Assembly (NCBI RefSeq): GCF_009914755.1
Contig: NC_060936.1
Strand: one strand, 5' to 3'
Length of the DNA: 64,000 nucleotides
Origin: the human T2T-CHM13v2.0 reference genome, Homo sapiens
Shown in pieces: positions 39,299 through 53,449 of this stretch. Under the pieces are notes generated by a model. That model worked only from the letters and a program-made list of their open reading frames with translations, was not told the origin of the DNA and did no database searches. The translations under genes and the position numbers were made by a program. Position 1 is the stretch's first letter; the number at the start of each line of letters is the position of its first letter.

Positions 39299-41857
39299 AC
39301 TATGTAACATATTAGTCACTTTATTTCAGCCCCCTCTCTTGTTGCAAGACTAGTCAGAGACACTTAAAATGTAGTCTTTGTTTGAGTACATATTAGTAGT
39401 TCGTACTTATTGAGTGTTCATTACGTGGAAGGCACTGTCTCCAACTCTTAACAAAGAATAAGTAATTTAATCTTCAAGGTCCCAGTTTTTCAAATGAGGA
39501 AATTGAGGCATAGATAGACTAATTCTCCAAGAGTCAAATAAATGGCAGACAGGGATTCACACCAGGTGGTCTAGCTCCAGAGTCCATGCTCTTGATCATC
39601 AGGATGGACTGCCTCATGCACAGTGGATAGCAAAACCCCATATAAACAAACTCAATCTCAAATGTGGTTGAACCAATGTACTAAAGGTCAGCAGAAGGTG
39701 AGCTCTTCAGGAGACCAGAAGCATTGACCTTGTTTTGCTGATTAGAGATGGTGATTTTTCCATGAAGTTGTCAATGACTTAGAGGAGTGGAACAGCCACC
39801 AGTCAGACAGAGGAGAAGAAAAAGAGGGGAATCCATGGCACTGGTTCCCTTCATTTCACTGTCCTGAAATAATGCTGCGAGTCTACTTCAAACCAATCTC
39901 ATCTCTTTTCACCTCTCCTAAATTCAGAAAGCATTGCTACAAAACTAGTGTGTACACAGGAAGAGAGAGAACATGGTGGGTTAACAAATCTTTGGTCAGA
40001 GTCTTAGGAGGATGGGGAAGGGCGCAGCTAGGTAGAATTCTTCCTGATTTTTTACACAAGTTTGTAAAGATTCTCCAGCTCTTTTGGCTGCCTACAATAT
40101 GTAGGCAAGGAGGGCCCAGTAGGTCCTTTCCTAAAGATTTCTCCATGGAGTTTAAAATCAAGTTTTAGATTTTTCATTTGGGAGATTGGATGACACATGA
40201 TTTACTCTTGTTTTACTAAATCCTGCTACTTAAATTTAGAGCATTCATTCACTATTCTAACACTGAGATGGAGGATAATTCCTGGGAAGAGTAAAGAAAT
40301 AAAAGCTAAGATGTCAAAAGGTACAGTTATCTTGGCAGAAGGGATTGACCATAGCCGAATGGATTCATTTAATCCTAACAGACACCTTGACGCCAAGTAC
40401 TGAGTGTGTGCATTAAAAGTGCGTGGCAGGTCAGGTGCATGGCTGGGATTTTCTGCCCAGTTGCTACTGGTGCAAACCTTTGCACCAGAAGCAGATGAGA
40501 AACAGCTATAGTAGAATGGGCAGTTCTCCAAATGAGAAAAATATTACTTTCAGGAAATAAAAAAAGTAACAATACAGATTGAACTTGCTTCTTTAAAGAA
40601 ATTCTTACTGAATTTTCTCTTGATATAATCTGCCTTCACTAATAATATGGAACTTAAAAAAGATACGTCATTGCTCTGCGAAATGAGAGACAGATCAGGC
40701 ATAAGAAACCAGGAAGGTTAGTGCATGCCCCTGCCTTAGCTAGCTTGCAAAATGCCACAACACGGAGGCCATAGCCCAGGGACCATAAGATCATCTTTTC
40801 TGGCCCCACATGCAGAAGAACGCCTTTTTGATTATTACTGCCAATACCCCAGGGGCATATGTGTTTGGAGCCTTAGCAGAAGTGGAAATAGAGTCACCAA
40901 CTCCACAGAGATAAAGATGGTGTGAGAGGTAGGCCAGATTTTAGTCCACAAGAAAAGGGGTGTTTCCTGTTGAAGGCAGTGTAGGGCAATAGACAACCAC
41001 AGGATTCAGTCACAGGCACCAGTCATAAAAAAGCAAGGGCAACTACATAGGCTGTCTCTGAAGCTTGAATTACTAGCCATAGGGCTTTGAAGAAGTTACT
41101 TAAATTTTCTGAACTCCCATTTACTCTACTGTAAAATGGAAGTTGGCAAAATGTGCTAATGCATCAGTTACATTTTGTCCCTTAAATTATGCCTTTTCTA
41201 TTTACTCATGATGTGACTTTGAATAATGTTATCAGTTGGATCTTGAATGTTCTCCTCTATAAAATGGACACAATAATTTCCTCTCTTCTACCTCAAAAAA
41301 AATCAATATGAGGATTGAATGAAAAAATGAGGATGAAAGGGCTCTGTAAGTTCTCAAAAATCATACCATGCATGTAAAGAACTGGTATTGGAGAATAGAA
41401 GGTACAGCATTTTGAGCTGATGTAGATCACTAGAAATTAATACCCTGTAAGGTTCTGTAATCTATGTCAGGGAAAATAAAGGATGGGACACATAAGATAA
41501 TTCTGTAGACTGTTATAGTCTATAGAAAGTGTTAGAAGTCCATTTGGTGATCAGGACAGGTGGAGCACCACCTTTACTCAGATTGCATGCAGCATGCAAC
41601 ACCAGAGGAAGACACACCAGGAGAGAAGGCTGAGGCATGGTGAGGGTGTAGGCACGTGCTAGTCAAAGCATGGTTTGCAGCTGCTGCCAGACCAGGAACT
41701 GTTTGTTACTGGTCTGCAAGGAGGTACATACAGAAAATGAAATGGTTGTTTAGAAACAATTACAGAAACTTTACATTCCTGTGACATCCAAATATGTGAT
41801 CAGTGAGCTTCATTTAAAATTTTTTTGTTTGTCTTTCATTTATTCTTATTTTATTTT

Positions 41858-42017
41858 AGGCACACACCATCATACCTGGCTAATTTTAAAAGTTTTTGGT
41901 AGAGACAAGGTCTCGCTATGTTGCCCAGGCTGGTCTCAAACTCCTGGACACGAGTGATCCTCATGCTTTGGCCTCCCACAGTGCTGGGATTACATTTGTG
42001 AGCCACTGCACCTGGCC
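41858..42017 (-). mobile_element. Alu left-arm fragment in ERP27 intron 4, next to a probable MER33-like DNA element (~41655-41820)
   Basis: gtagagacaaggtctcgctatgttgcccaggctgg...gagccactgcacctggcc. Confidence 0.88.
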
Positions 42018-42277
42018 TTGAGTTAGTCACCTTAACTGTGTATTCTGGTTCTCTTTATTACTAGCAGTGTGATAGCTCATTTAACTTTTCTCTGTTTTTT
42101 TGTTTAACAGGAACAAGTTAAATCTTAAAAAGGTGTAGGAAGGATAGTAACATAAACAATACAGTATTGTATTGGTCGAAGAATTGGAACTCTGGGAGGA
42201 AGAGACCTCTGTTATGAAGACCAGTACCTTCCCCGACTCAGGCTCTGAAGGGACTAAGAACAGGAAGTATTGTTTAC

Positions 42278-42394
42278 CACAGGGTTGTACTCTGTCACCA
42301 TGTGGAGGCTGTTGATCTCAATGAAACGGCTCAATTTGGTGGCATCAATGCTTTCAATGTCTTCGTCCTCTAAATTCAGTTGTTCATTGTCTAC
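42278..42394 (-). CDS. ERP27: ERP27 coding exon 4 (VDNEQLNLEDEDIESIDATKLSRFIEINSLHMVTEYNPV)
   Basis: atccAG acceptor; GTG|gtaaac donor; 117 nt. Confidence 0.97.
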
Positions 42395-42949
42395 CTGGAT
42401 AACACAAAAAAGAATGAAGTCACTATTCCATCTTTTTTTCATGTATTGATAAACGTCTTTAGACCCCCATGTGACAGGCACTGATTAAAGCTCTGAAGAC
42501 CAAAAGATAAGTAAGAGAGTTTCTCTGCCCTAGGGGGACAAACTGTCCTGTAGACTCCAAAAAAGTGAAGAGAAATTTCCCACATGATGTGGCAGGTGTC
42601 ATCACAGGAGAATCACAGGCCCGCATGTCACCTATGGAAGAGCAGAAAAGCTTCAAGGAAGAAGTTACTCCTGAAAAGTGGCTAAGACTTGATCAGATAA
42701 ATGAGGATGAGGAAGGAGCTTTAAGTAGAGAACAGCATATGCAAATACTGTGAGATGTGAGAGGTTGCGTTCTGGAAGCTGCTGTTACTTCACTGTGACC
42801 CTACCAGATGTGATGTGAGGGTTGCAGAGAGATCAGCTTAGAGGGATAAGGAAGAGCAAATTTGGAAGTGTTCTGAAGCCAAGGCATGTAGATTAAATTC
42901 TATCTGAGGGCAAGGGGGGTCATTGGCAAGGTCAGATTTGTATTATATT

Positions 42950-44125
42950 TATGTACCCTTTTACTGTGAAATAAAACACATGTAGAGAAAAATATAACAC
43001 AGTATAAACATTTGCTGTAAAGCTCAGCAAATTATCACAGAGAAAACTATTGTAGAACCACCACCCAAGTCAAGAAATAGAATATTGCTAGAACCCCTGA
43101 AGTCCTGGTGCTTCCTTCTAGTTTATAATTCATCCTTTTTTTTTTGCCAAAGGTATGCTGACTTTTATGTTGACCATTTTCATCCTTTCCTTTATACCTT
43201 TATAACTTAAAGATGCTTCTTTTAATGCTATAGTTTAGTTTTACCTCATTTTTCACATTAAATACATGTAAACAAACTTCTTTGGCTTAACATTTTGATT
43301 ATAAGTCATTTATGTTATTGCATGTAGCTGTAGTTTGTTCATCTTCCTTGCTGTATAATATTCAATTGTCTGAATAAACACAATTTATTTATTCATTTTA
43401 CTACTGATGAACATTGGTTGTTTCTAGTCATTAAGACAATGCCATAATGAACACTTCTTGACTTTTAGTACATATATGCCTCTGTATCCACTGAGCATAT
43501 ACCTCAGATTGGGATTTTTGATTATAGGATATGTATATAGTTAACTAGTAGAAAATGCCAAGCTATCTTCCAAAGTGGATAATTTACACATACCAGTACT
43601 GTGTATGACAGGTCCCATTGCTCCACATCCTTGTCAACACTTGCCATTGTCAGTTTTTCTAATTTTACTGATTTTGGTGGATATGGTTATGTCTCAGTGG
43701 TTTTAATTGCATTTCTCTCATTAACCACTTAATAATAATTTAAGGATATGAGGACAATTAAAGATAATTATCCTCTTTATGAAGTGTTTATTCATGTTGC
43801 TTGCCTATTTTTCTTTTGTCTATCTTTTTCTCTCTGATTTGAACGTGTTTTTATACATTCTGGATATGAGTCCTTTGTTGGTTCTATAATATATATATTT
43901 TCTTACTAGGGCTTCTCCTTTAATGGTGACTGCACATGAAAGAAGGTAATTTAAACATAGTTAAAGTTATCATCTTTATCGCTAATGTGTACTTTTTTGT
44001 TTTGTTTTAAGAAATCTTTGACTACACCAAGGTCATGAAGATATTCTCCTATATTTTCTCCTAGAAACATTGTCTTTCACAATAGATCTAAAATCCACTT
44101 GGAACTCATTTTTCTTACTTCTTAA
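42950..44125 (-). mobile_element. Old L1 (L1ME-type) 3' region
   Basis: accaccacccaagtcaagaaatagaatattgc...cccattgctccacatccttgtcaacacttg. Confidence 0.8.
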
Positions 44126-44141
44126 AATGGACGCTAAGGTA

Positions 44142-44438
44142 GGCCAGGTGCGGTGGCTCACGCCTGTAATCCCAGCACTTTGAGAGGCCGAGGCCAGCGG
44201 ATCACCTGAGGTCAGGAGTTCAAGACTAGCCGGCCAACATGGTGAAACCCTGTCTCTACTAAAAGTAAAAAAATTAGCTGGTGGTGCACGCCTGTAATGC
44301 CAGCTACTCTGGAGGCTAAGGCAGGAGAATCACTTGAACCCAGAAGGTGGAGGGGAGGTTGCAGTGAGCCGAGAACGTGCCATTGCACTCCGGCCTGGGT
44401 GGCAGAGTGGAACTCTGTCTCAAAAAAAAAAAAAAAAA
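44142..44438 (+). mobile_element. Alu (AluS) in ERP27 intron 3
   Basis: Full dimer with A tail. Confidence 0.96.
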
Positions 44439-44514
44439 TGCTAAGATCCTTGATTTTTGTATTACTCTTCTCTAAAGTGAATATTAAAGTCTCCTTCTTT
44501 CTGATTGCTTGCAT

Positions 44515-44834
44515 TAATTGGGGCATTGGTCTTCTACTGTCCTGGGTGTTTCTGGTTCTCAGGCCTTCAGACTCAGACTGGAATCTACACCATTGGTGCT
44601 TCGGCCCTCAGGCCTTCAAACTAAAACGCTGGCTCATCTAGGTCTCCAGCTCACAGGCAGTAGATGGTGAGACTTTTCAGCCTTCATATTTGTATGAGCC
44701 ATTATCTTATTAAAAAAATCTCTTAATATGTATATTCATATATATAATATTTACCACTATATATATAATTTGTGTTATAAAAATAATACAATGTAAAAAT
44801 GTAATTTTTACTATATAATATCTATCTATCTATA

Positions 44835-44880
<46 letters not shown>

Positions 44881-44920
44881 ATTACCTATCTCCTGTTGGT
44901 TCTCTTTTTCTGGTGAACAG
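44515..44920 (+). mobile_element. MLT2 (ERVL) LTR fragment containing a (TCTA)n tetranucleotide STR (~44820-44880)
   Basis: ggttctcaggccttcagactcagactggaa...tctcctgttggttct; tcta run. Confidence 0.8.
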
Positions 44921-45059
44921 AGAAACAGAAAAACAGAACCAACTATATTGCAAATAATACTGCCATGCCATTAGTTTTACTGCTATTATTGTTATTGACA
45001 AATTGATTGGTGAAAACTTTTCTTAGTGTTTGAAGTCTTTTTCCTATTTTATTATATTT

Positions 45060-45950
45060 TACTTTTAACCTACTATTCAGTTTTGTACATATTTATGGGG
45101 TATAGTGTGATGTTTCAATACATGTATACATTGTGTAAATAATCAAATCATAGTATTTAGCATATCTGTTGCCTCAAATATTCTTTGTGATGAGAACATT
45201 AAAAAATCCTTTCTTGTAGCTATTATTAAATTACAATACAATATTGTTGACTATACTCACCCTACTGTGCAATAGAATACCTAAACTTATTCCTTTCATC
45301 TAACTGTAACTTTGAACTTATTAACCAATTTCTCCCTGTCCCCACTTCCCTCTTCCCTCTTCCGTCACCACTTCCCCCTCCGCTCCCCAGCTTTCCATAA
45401 CCAGTATTGTGCTCTCTACTTCCATAGATCCATTTTTTAGATTGCTTGTATGAATGAGATCATGTGGTATTTGTCTTTCTGTACAAGGCTTATTTCACTT
45501 AACATAATGTCCTCTGGGTCTATCTGTGCTCCTACACATGACAGAACTTCTCTCTTTTTTATGGCTGAATAGTGTCCATTGTGTATATGTACTGCAATTT
45601 CTTTCTCCATTCATCTGCTCATGGACACGTAAGTTGATTCCATTTCTTGGTTATTGTGAATAGTGCTGCAATGAACATGGGAGTGCAGATATCTCCTCGA
45701 CATACTATTGATTTCATTTCCTTTGGATGTATATCCAATAGTGAAAGTGCTGGTTCATATGGTAGTTCTATTTTTAAATTTTTGAGGAATGTTCATACTG
45801 TTTTCCATAACGGCTATACTAATTTACATACCCATTAACAGTGTATAAAAATACTTTCTCCACATCCACACCAGCGTTTGTTATTTTTTGTCTTTTTGAT
45901 GATAGCCATTCTAATTGGGGTGAGGTGATATCTTATTGTGGTTTTCCAGT
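45060..45950 (-). mobile_element. L1MA 3' region
   Basis: gtacatatttatggggta...gtgctgcaatgaacatgggagtgcagatatct...gatagccattctaattggggtgagg. Confidence 0.88.
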
Positions 45951-46027
45951 TTTTAATTAAAAAAATGTAGAAAGCAACCCCTGACTTGACCTATGTGCTC
46001 CTTTTCTCCCCAGAATGAGCCTATCGC

Positions 46028-46660
46028 TCTCAGAGATGTTTGAGCCAGAGCAACTCCATCTTGAATAGGGGCTAGGAAAAATGAGCTGAGACCTACTGGG
46101 CTGCATTCCAAGATGGTTAAGGCAGTCTAAGTCACAGGATGAAATAGCAGGTTGGCACAAGATACAGGTCATAAAGACCTTGCTGATAAAACAGGTTGCA
46201 GTGAAGAAGCTGGCCAAAACCCACCAAAATCAAGATGGTGAGGAGCATGACCTCTGGTCGTCGTCCCTGTTACCTTCCCACCAGCCCCATGACAGTTTAC
46301 AACTGCCATGGCAATGTCAGGAAGTTACCCTATATGGTCTGAAAAGGTGAGGCATGGATAATCCACCGCTTAGTGCATATAATCAAGAAATAACCAAAAA
46401 AATGGACAACCAGCAGCCCTTGGGGCTGTTCTGCCTGTGGTGTAGCCATTCTTTCATTCCTTTACTTTCTTAATAAACTTGCTTTCACTTTACTCTGTGG
46501 ACTCACCCTGAATTCTTTCTTTCGCAAGATCCAATAACCCTCTCTTGAGGTCTGGATCAGGACCCCTTTTCACTAACATCTTTCTGGAAACCATGGAAGG
46601 AACTATAGTGAGGAAACCCCCTGACCCAAAGGCTAACTTTGGGTAAGTGATGGGGTTCAG
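46028..46660 (+). mobile_element. MER41A LTR (46028-46578) plus ~80 bp of adjoining internal sequence
   Basis: cagagcaactccatcttgaataggggct...gtcacaggatga...tctggatcaggacccc matches MER41 as I recall it; lacks the tandem GAS block of MER41B. Confidence 0.85.
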
Positions 46661-46699
46661 TTATATCATAAATTAAGGGTCATTCCATGTTTTTATGTT

Positions 46700-48599
<1,900 letters not shown>

Positions 48600-48600
<1 letters not shown>

Positions 48601-48675
48601 CATATTCCACATGTATATATATTTGCATATGTGTAGGCGTATGTGTGTATATTTGTGTGTGTGTGCGTGTGTGCA

Positions 48676-48706
<31 letters not shown>

Positions 48707-48707
48707 C
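48600..48707 (+). repeat. (TG)n(TA)n compound microsatellite
   Basis: Read directly. Confidence 0.9.
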
Positions 48708-49083
48708 TAAAATCACTCTAATTCAATTTCAGGGGCTGAAATGATTTGCATCTGTGCTGCAGCCCTCGAGAGGGCTTATCTACTATGATTCATTCCTGTT
48801 TTTAGGTACAGCTCTGTAGGATTCAAAGGGGATGTGAAAGGTGTACTAGATTCACCTCCTATTTCCCCTTGTGAGGCCTGGACTCCAACATTTAATTTTC
48901 AACTCCTGAGGATCTCAAAATGCAAATTTATTTCTTAGCTTCTTGGCTGCTTCTAGAACTGACCAAAGCCGTCTAGACAAAAAGCAGTCCTCAATGCAGG
49001 GTTCATCTTTTTTGGTTTTCATCTTCTTCCAGATCTTGACCTAGATATTTTCTCTCTTTTACTGGCTCTCTAATGCCTTCAGG

Positions 49084-49114
<31 letters not shown>

Positions 49115-49137
49115 ACACACACATTCATGCACACACA
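49084..49137 (+). repeat. (CA)n microsatellite, interrupted
   Basis: Read directly. Confidence 0.95.
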
Positions 49138-50279
49138 TTTTAACTTTTAAAAATAGTCTTTGGTGGAAAGGATTGTCTAGCTACATGATCCATTATCCCA
49201 GATTTGTATTTCAGAACAAGCTTTCCACCACACTCAGATATATTGAAAGATAGGACTTCATTCTTCCAATCATTGTTCTCAGTTTTCTATTTCCTCACCC
49301 CAATCTACTCATACCCATAAAGACACAAAGATAGTGCCTCCACCATCCATAGATAGATCCACGCCTATAGATAAAATTATTAGTATCAGCTCCTGAACAA
49401 TTTTGTCCATTTCCTACAATAGTTTGCATCACTTTTGAGATCCTTAGGCCATCTGCTCTTGGACATCTCCTTAACCCTTTCCCCTCCATGTGCTATCTGT
49501 ATAGGTCCTGCCCAATCAGATCTTGCCTTGGATCAGAACCACCCTTTTTTCCCCAAGGTACTTTCTCCTAGTCTACCCAGTAAGATCAGAAGCAAATCTC
49601 ATGTTAGTTAAGGTAGGAAGGAATTCAGGCAAAGGGAAATTAAAGTCACTAAACAGCAAGAATCTAAGATTGCTCTTTATTGTCATCCCGGTGATGATTC
49701 CTATTTCACCTCTTTTCTTCAAGAGGGTCTCCCATTGGGGTAACTAAAAGCAATAAGAACTCTGGAGATGCACAATGCACCCCTTATGGTTAATTTTAAT
49801 TCTGGATAGATCTAGTCATTCTCTTCCAATCCATTTGTTTCATAATTATTTGCCGAGTGCCTGCTATATGCACTGAGGCATAAAATTGCAGCCATTCATT
49901 CAGATGACAATTTAAGCACTCTTTATTTTGGGACTGCTTTATACAATTTAAATTTATGAAATAAATAAATGTTGAGGTACAGAAAAGTTTGTATTTCTAA
50001 AAAAGAATTTTGAAACAAATCAAAACCACAGGGTAAAAATGAACTCCTTGTGTATATTTAATTGTTTAAAAATTCACAAAGTTTTGAGTAGAAAGCTTGG
50101 GAAAAAACAAAACAAAACATGAAAGCAAGAGAAAAGGTCTTAGGTAGATCCTTGCCCACCCTCCTACCACCTCCTTCCCCTTCCCTTGCCCATATCAAGA
50201 CGAATGAGTAAAGAAATAAAATGAGCACACAAAAAAATAATATTTGCAGCTCCTCTAGATACTTAATGCTGCTACCGAC

Positions 50280-50309
50280 CTGTATTTCCAGCTGGCACGT
50301 CTCCTTCAT
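50280..50309 (-). CDS. ERP27: Candidate ERP27 alternative first coding exon (MKETCQLEIQ), phase 0 to exon 4
   Basis: aagtATG (A at -3); 10 codons, then CAG|gtcggt; joined to exons 4-7 gives 172 aa, which agrees with my recollection of a short annotated isoform. Confidence 0.65.
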
Positions 50310-51307
50310 ACTTAAGGCTTTGCTATTGCAACCACCAAAATCATCATCATTATCATCATAATCAGGACTCGTTTAACATTTGATGTGTCTAAATGCTTCC
50401 TGACTATTTTTCTAGGAATTCCTAGGTCTGGTGCCTGCACCTCAGCTCACATCGCTGTGCATGGATCAAGAATCCCCCCCTCCCTGTACTCTTTTCCGGG
50501 CAGTCCTTCATACTTCCCAGAACAGGGAGAACAAGAAAAGCCAGTTACTCTGGGTGTTTCTGGACTTAAAGAATGCACTAAATTGGAGGCAGAGGATGTT
50601 AAGTGGTGATAACATTCTCTAAGAAGCAAAAGAGCTTTAATAAAAGCCACTCTCCTGCAGTCTCTCCAGTTTGTTGTACTTCTTTTAAGAAAACATGCCC
50701 GATCTTTCATTATTTCTTAAACTAATAAACTCTGGAACATTCATGTTTAGGGTTTCTGGAAGCAACATTTGAACAGGAAATCTCCCTCTGTAAAGGGAAT
50801 TATTTGCATAATGCACTGGAAAGAAAATCCAACCCAGGAACCAAGAGTTGGAAAAACCTTTTAAAATGTCTTTTTTCAGTTTTATGGAAAGAATTTTACT
50901 TAAAATATCATATTTTTATTTCAGAGAAAAGAGGCAGCAGAAGAAAAACAGAAATAGTAAACTGGAAATATTGCTACCTTAAAACATAATTTTGAGTTTC
51001 CTCAAGAGTATCTGAAGTAGATTTTTTTTGTTGTTGTAGACACTACATCATACCAATCACTCATTTTCTGTTCATTAGTATTTCAGCTATATTCATTTGA
51101 ATTCCCATGGAATTTTCTAACAACCCAGATTTTTATAAAATGTATTAAAATTGTCTTAGTTTATGCCACAGTTATAGTATTAAATGTCTTTGGTGGCACT
51201 GAGAAATCATTTGTTAAACAAAGGTCCTCACGTCCTCGGTTTGTTTTTTTAAAGCTGTTCAGCTTATCATATATTTAATAAATATATACTTTAAAAAAAA
51301 GTTTCAT

Positions 51308-51547
51308 CATGGACACAGGTAGGGGAACATCACACACCAGGGCCTGTAGGGGGATAGGGGGCTGGGGGAGGGAGAGCATCAGGACAAATAGCTAATGCAT
51401 GCGGGGCTTAAAACCTAGGTGACGGGTAGATAGGTGCAGCAAACCACCATGGCACACGTACACGATATAACAAACCTTCATGTTATGCACATGTATCCTG
51501 GAACTTAAAGTAAAATGAAATAAAATAAAATAGAATAAAATAAAAAA
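51308..51547 (+). mobile_element. Short 5'-truncated L1PA 3' end with (AAAAT)n tail
   Basis: catggacacagg...gcagcaaaccaccatggcacacgta...gaacttaaagta. Confidence 0.93.
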
Positions 51548-53449
51548 TGTTTTATAATCTGACATATCTTCTTGCATTTCTTATCAGTTTATTCTCATGC
51601 ACGAGTTTCTTCTGATTCTCTTTGTCTGGTGAGGTAAATTTCTTATAATAGTTACCCAATAAATAACTGTAAAAGGAATAAAGGATGACTGCACTGTGTT
51701 TTCATTACTATCCCATTAGGTCAAAGTTAGGTTAATTATGTTTCTTTAAATAGTAGTGACTGAAAAAATCCAAAGCAGGGTAAACATTCAAATAATATTT
51801 CAAATTCCATTTTAGGACAGGCTCATAGTTTATTTAACCTGGGAGTTACATCTCTGCTAGGGCAACAATAAGAGTCCTGTTGAAAAATTTGAGAGTTTAT
51901 ATGCTGTTACACTCACAAAAGACAGGCTGTGCCCTCACACAGCAAGACTGTTATATGCAACTTATGGTTTCATGAATTTTACCTAAATTCTTCCTGATTA
52001 CATTTATATAGTTGGCCTGCACTATTTTTGGAGAATATTATGTTGCATAAATACAGCACTGGCTGGCCTTTTATTGCTCCAACATTTCAAGCATGAGTAA
52101 TATCCATTTATTGTTATTTTTTCAGTTAATCATTATTTCAGCTTATTTCTAAATATGTTCTTAAAATGGAAAATTTTGTAAATTTAGACAATATATAATG
52201 TCTAGATTAAATCTTGATAAATAATTCTGCAGTTTGATTAAGGAATGCTAGGAGGCTAGAGGAATAATTTAAGAGAAAATAGTTGAAAGAAAAAAAGTAG
52301 GCTTTAGAATGAGGGACATTAGATAGAATTCAGTGTAAAAACAAAGTTTATCTTCAGGGTCAAGTGCTTAAGAAAGCCACTATAATATAGTAAAAAGGGT
52401 ATGATTTGTAGACAGCAATGCTGGGTACGAATCAGACATCTGTTACTTCACAGTTGTGAGATTTTGGGCAACTAAACCATTCTCTCATGGAAATTTCTTT
52501 ATTAAAAATGCAGGAATAATAAAAATTACTTCATCAGATTCTTGTGTGAATTAAATGGTCAAATATTGTAATAGTGCCTATCATAGATTAGGCTCTGAAA
52601 ACAAACAAGCAAACCGAACAAACTGGATCCAGAAAATTTTCAATAGGTTCACGTTTCCCAGTGTAAAATAGGATAGTCTTGGTTGATGTTCCCTTTTCAA
52701 AAAAAAAAAAAAAAAAAGTGCTCCAAACTCTTGAATAATGGTCCTATTAAAATATGTACTAAAGTTTTGAAAGTGTAAACTGTGAAAAAAATATTTATCT
52801 GAAAGCTGGCATGACAAAAGTTGAGCTTCTTCCAGCTCTGCCAGTGAAGTAGGGCAGGAACCATTTTGTTTGTTTTCTGGTATGGCACATAAATAATCTT
52901 GCCCACAGAGGTCCCAAGAGTTCATTTAGACTAGGTCCGTCACTAGCGGTAAACAAAAAACAGATGTTAAAGAAGACTGAAAAACTGAGAAGTCATCAGT
53001 GAAGCTTTATGAGGAATAAATTGTAAGCAACGCCAGTGCTCCTGTTAGAGGATGTTAAACCTGTAGAGATGTTGGAAGCAACGGCACTTGTTTTTCTTCC
53101 CCATGTGCGTATCTTGGTGGTACTAAGCCTTTTAAATCAGGCCTTATAAGACCGACAAACGAAAAACTGAGAAAGAAGTAGGTGTGGAGTGTAGCTTATT
53201 AGAATTTTTGTATTGAAGGATTTCTACCAGTGGTTCAATGGCAACACGAAAGGCATTTGCCTAACCTTCCATATATTCCTCATCAAAGCTTTTCACAGAA
53301 GAATTTGATTTAATCTTATTTCACACTGGTGAGAATGCAAACCAGCAACCACTGTGCAGGTGGGAAAGGGGTTGCTGAAGGGAGCTCACACAACTTCAGA
53401 CATGCTTTTGGAGGTGAGTTTAGTTCCCCAAGCACCCTCCGAGTGCCTT

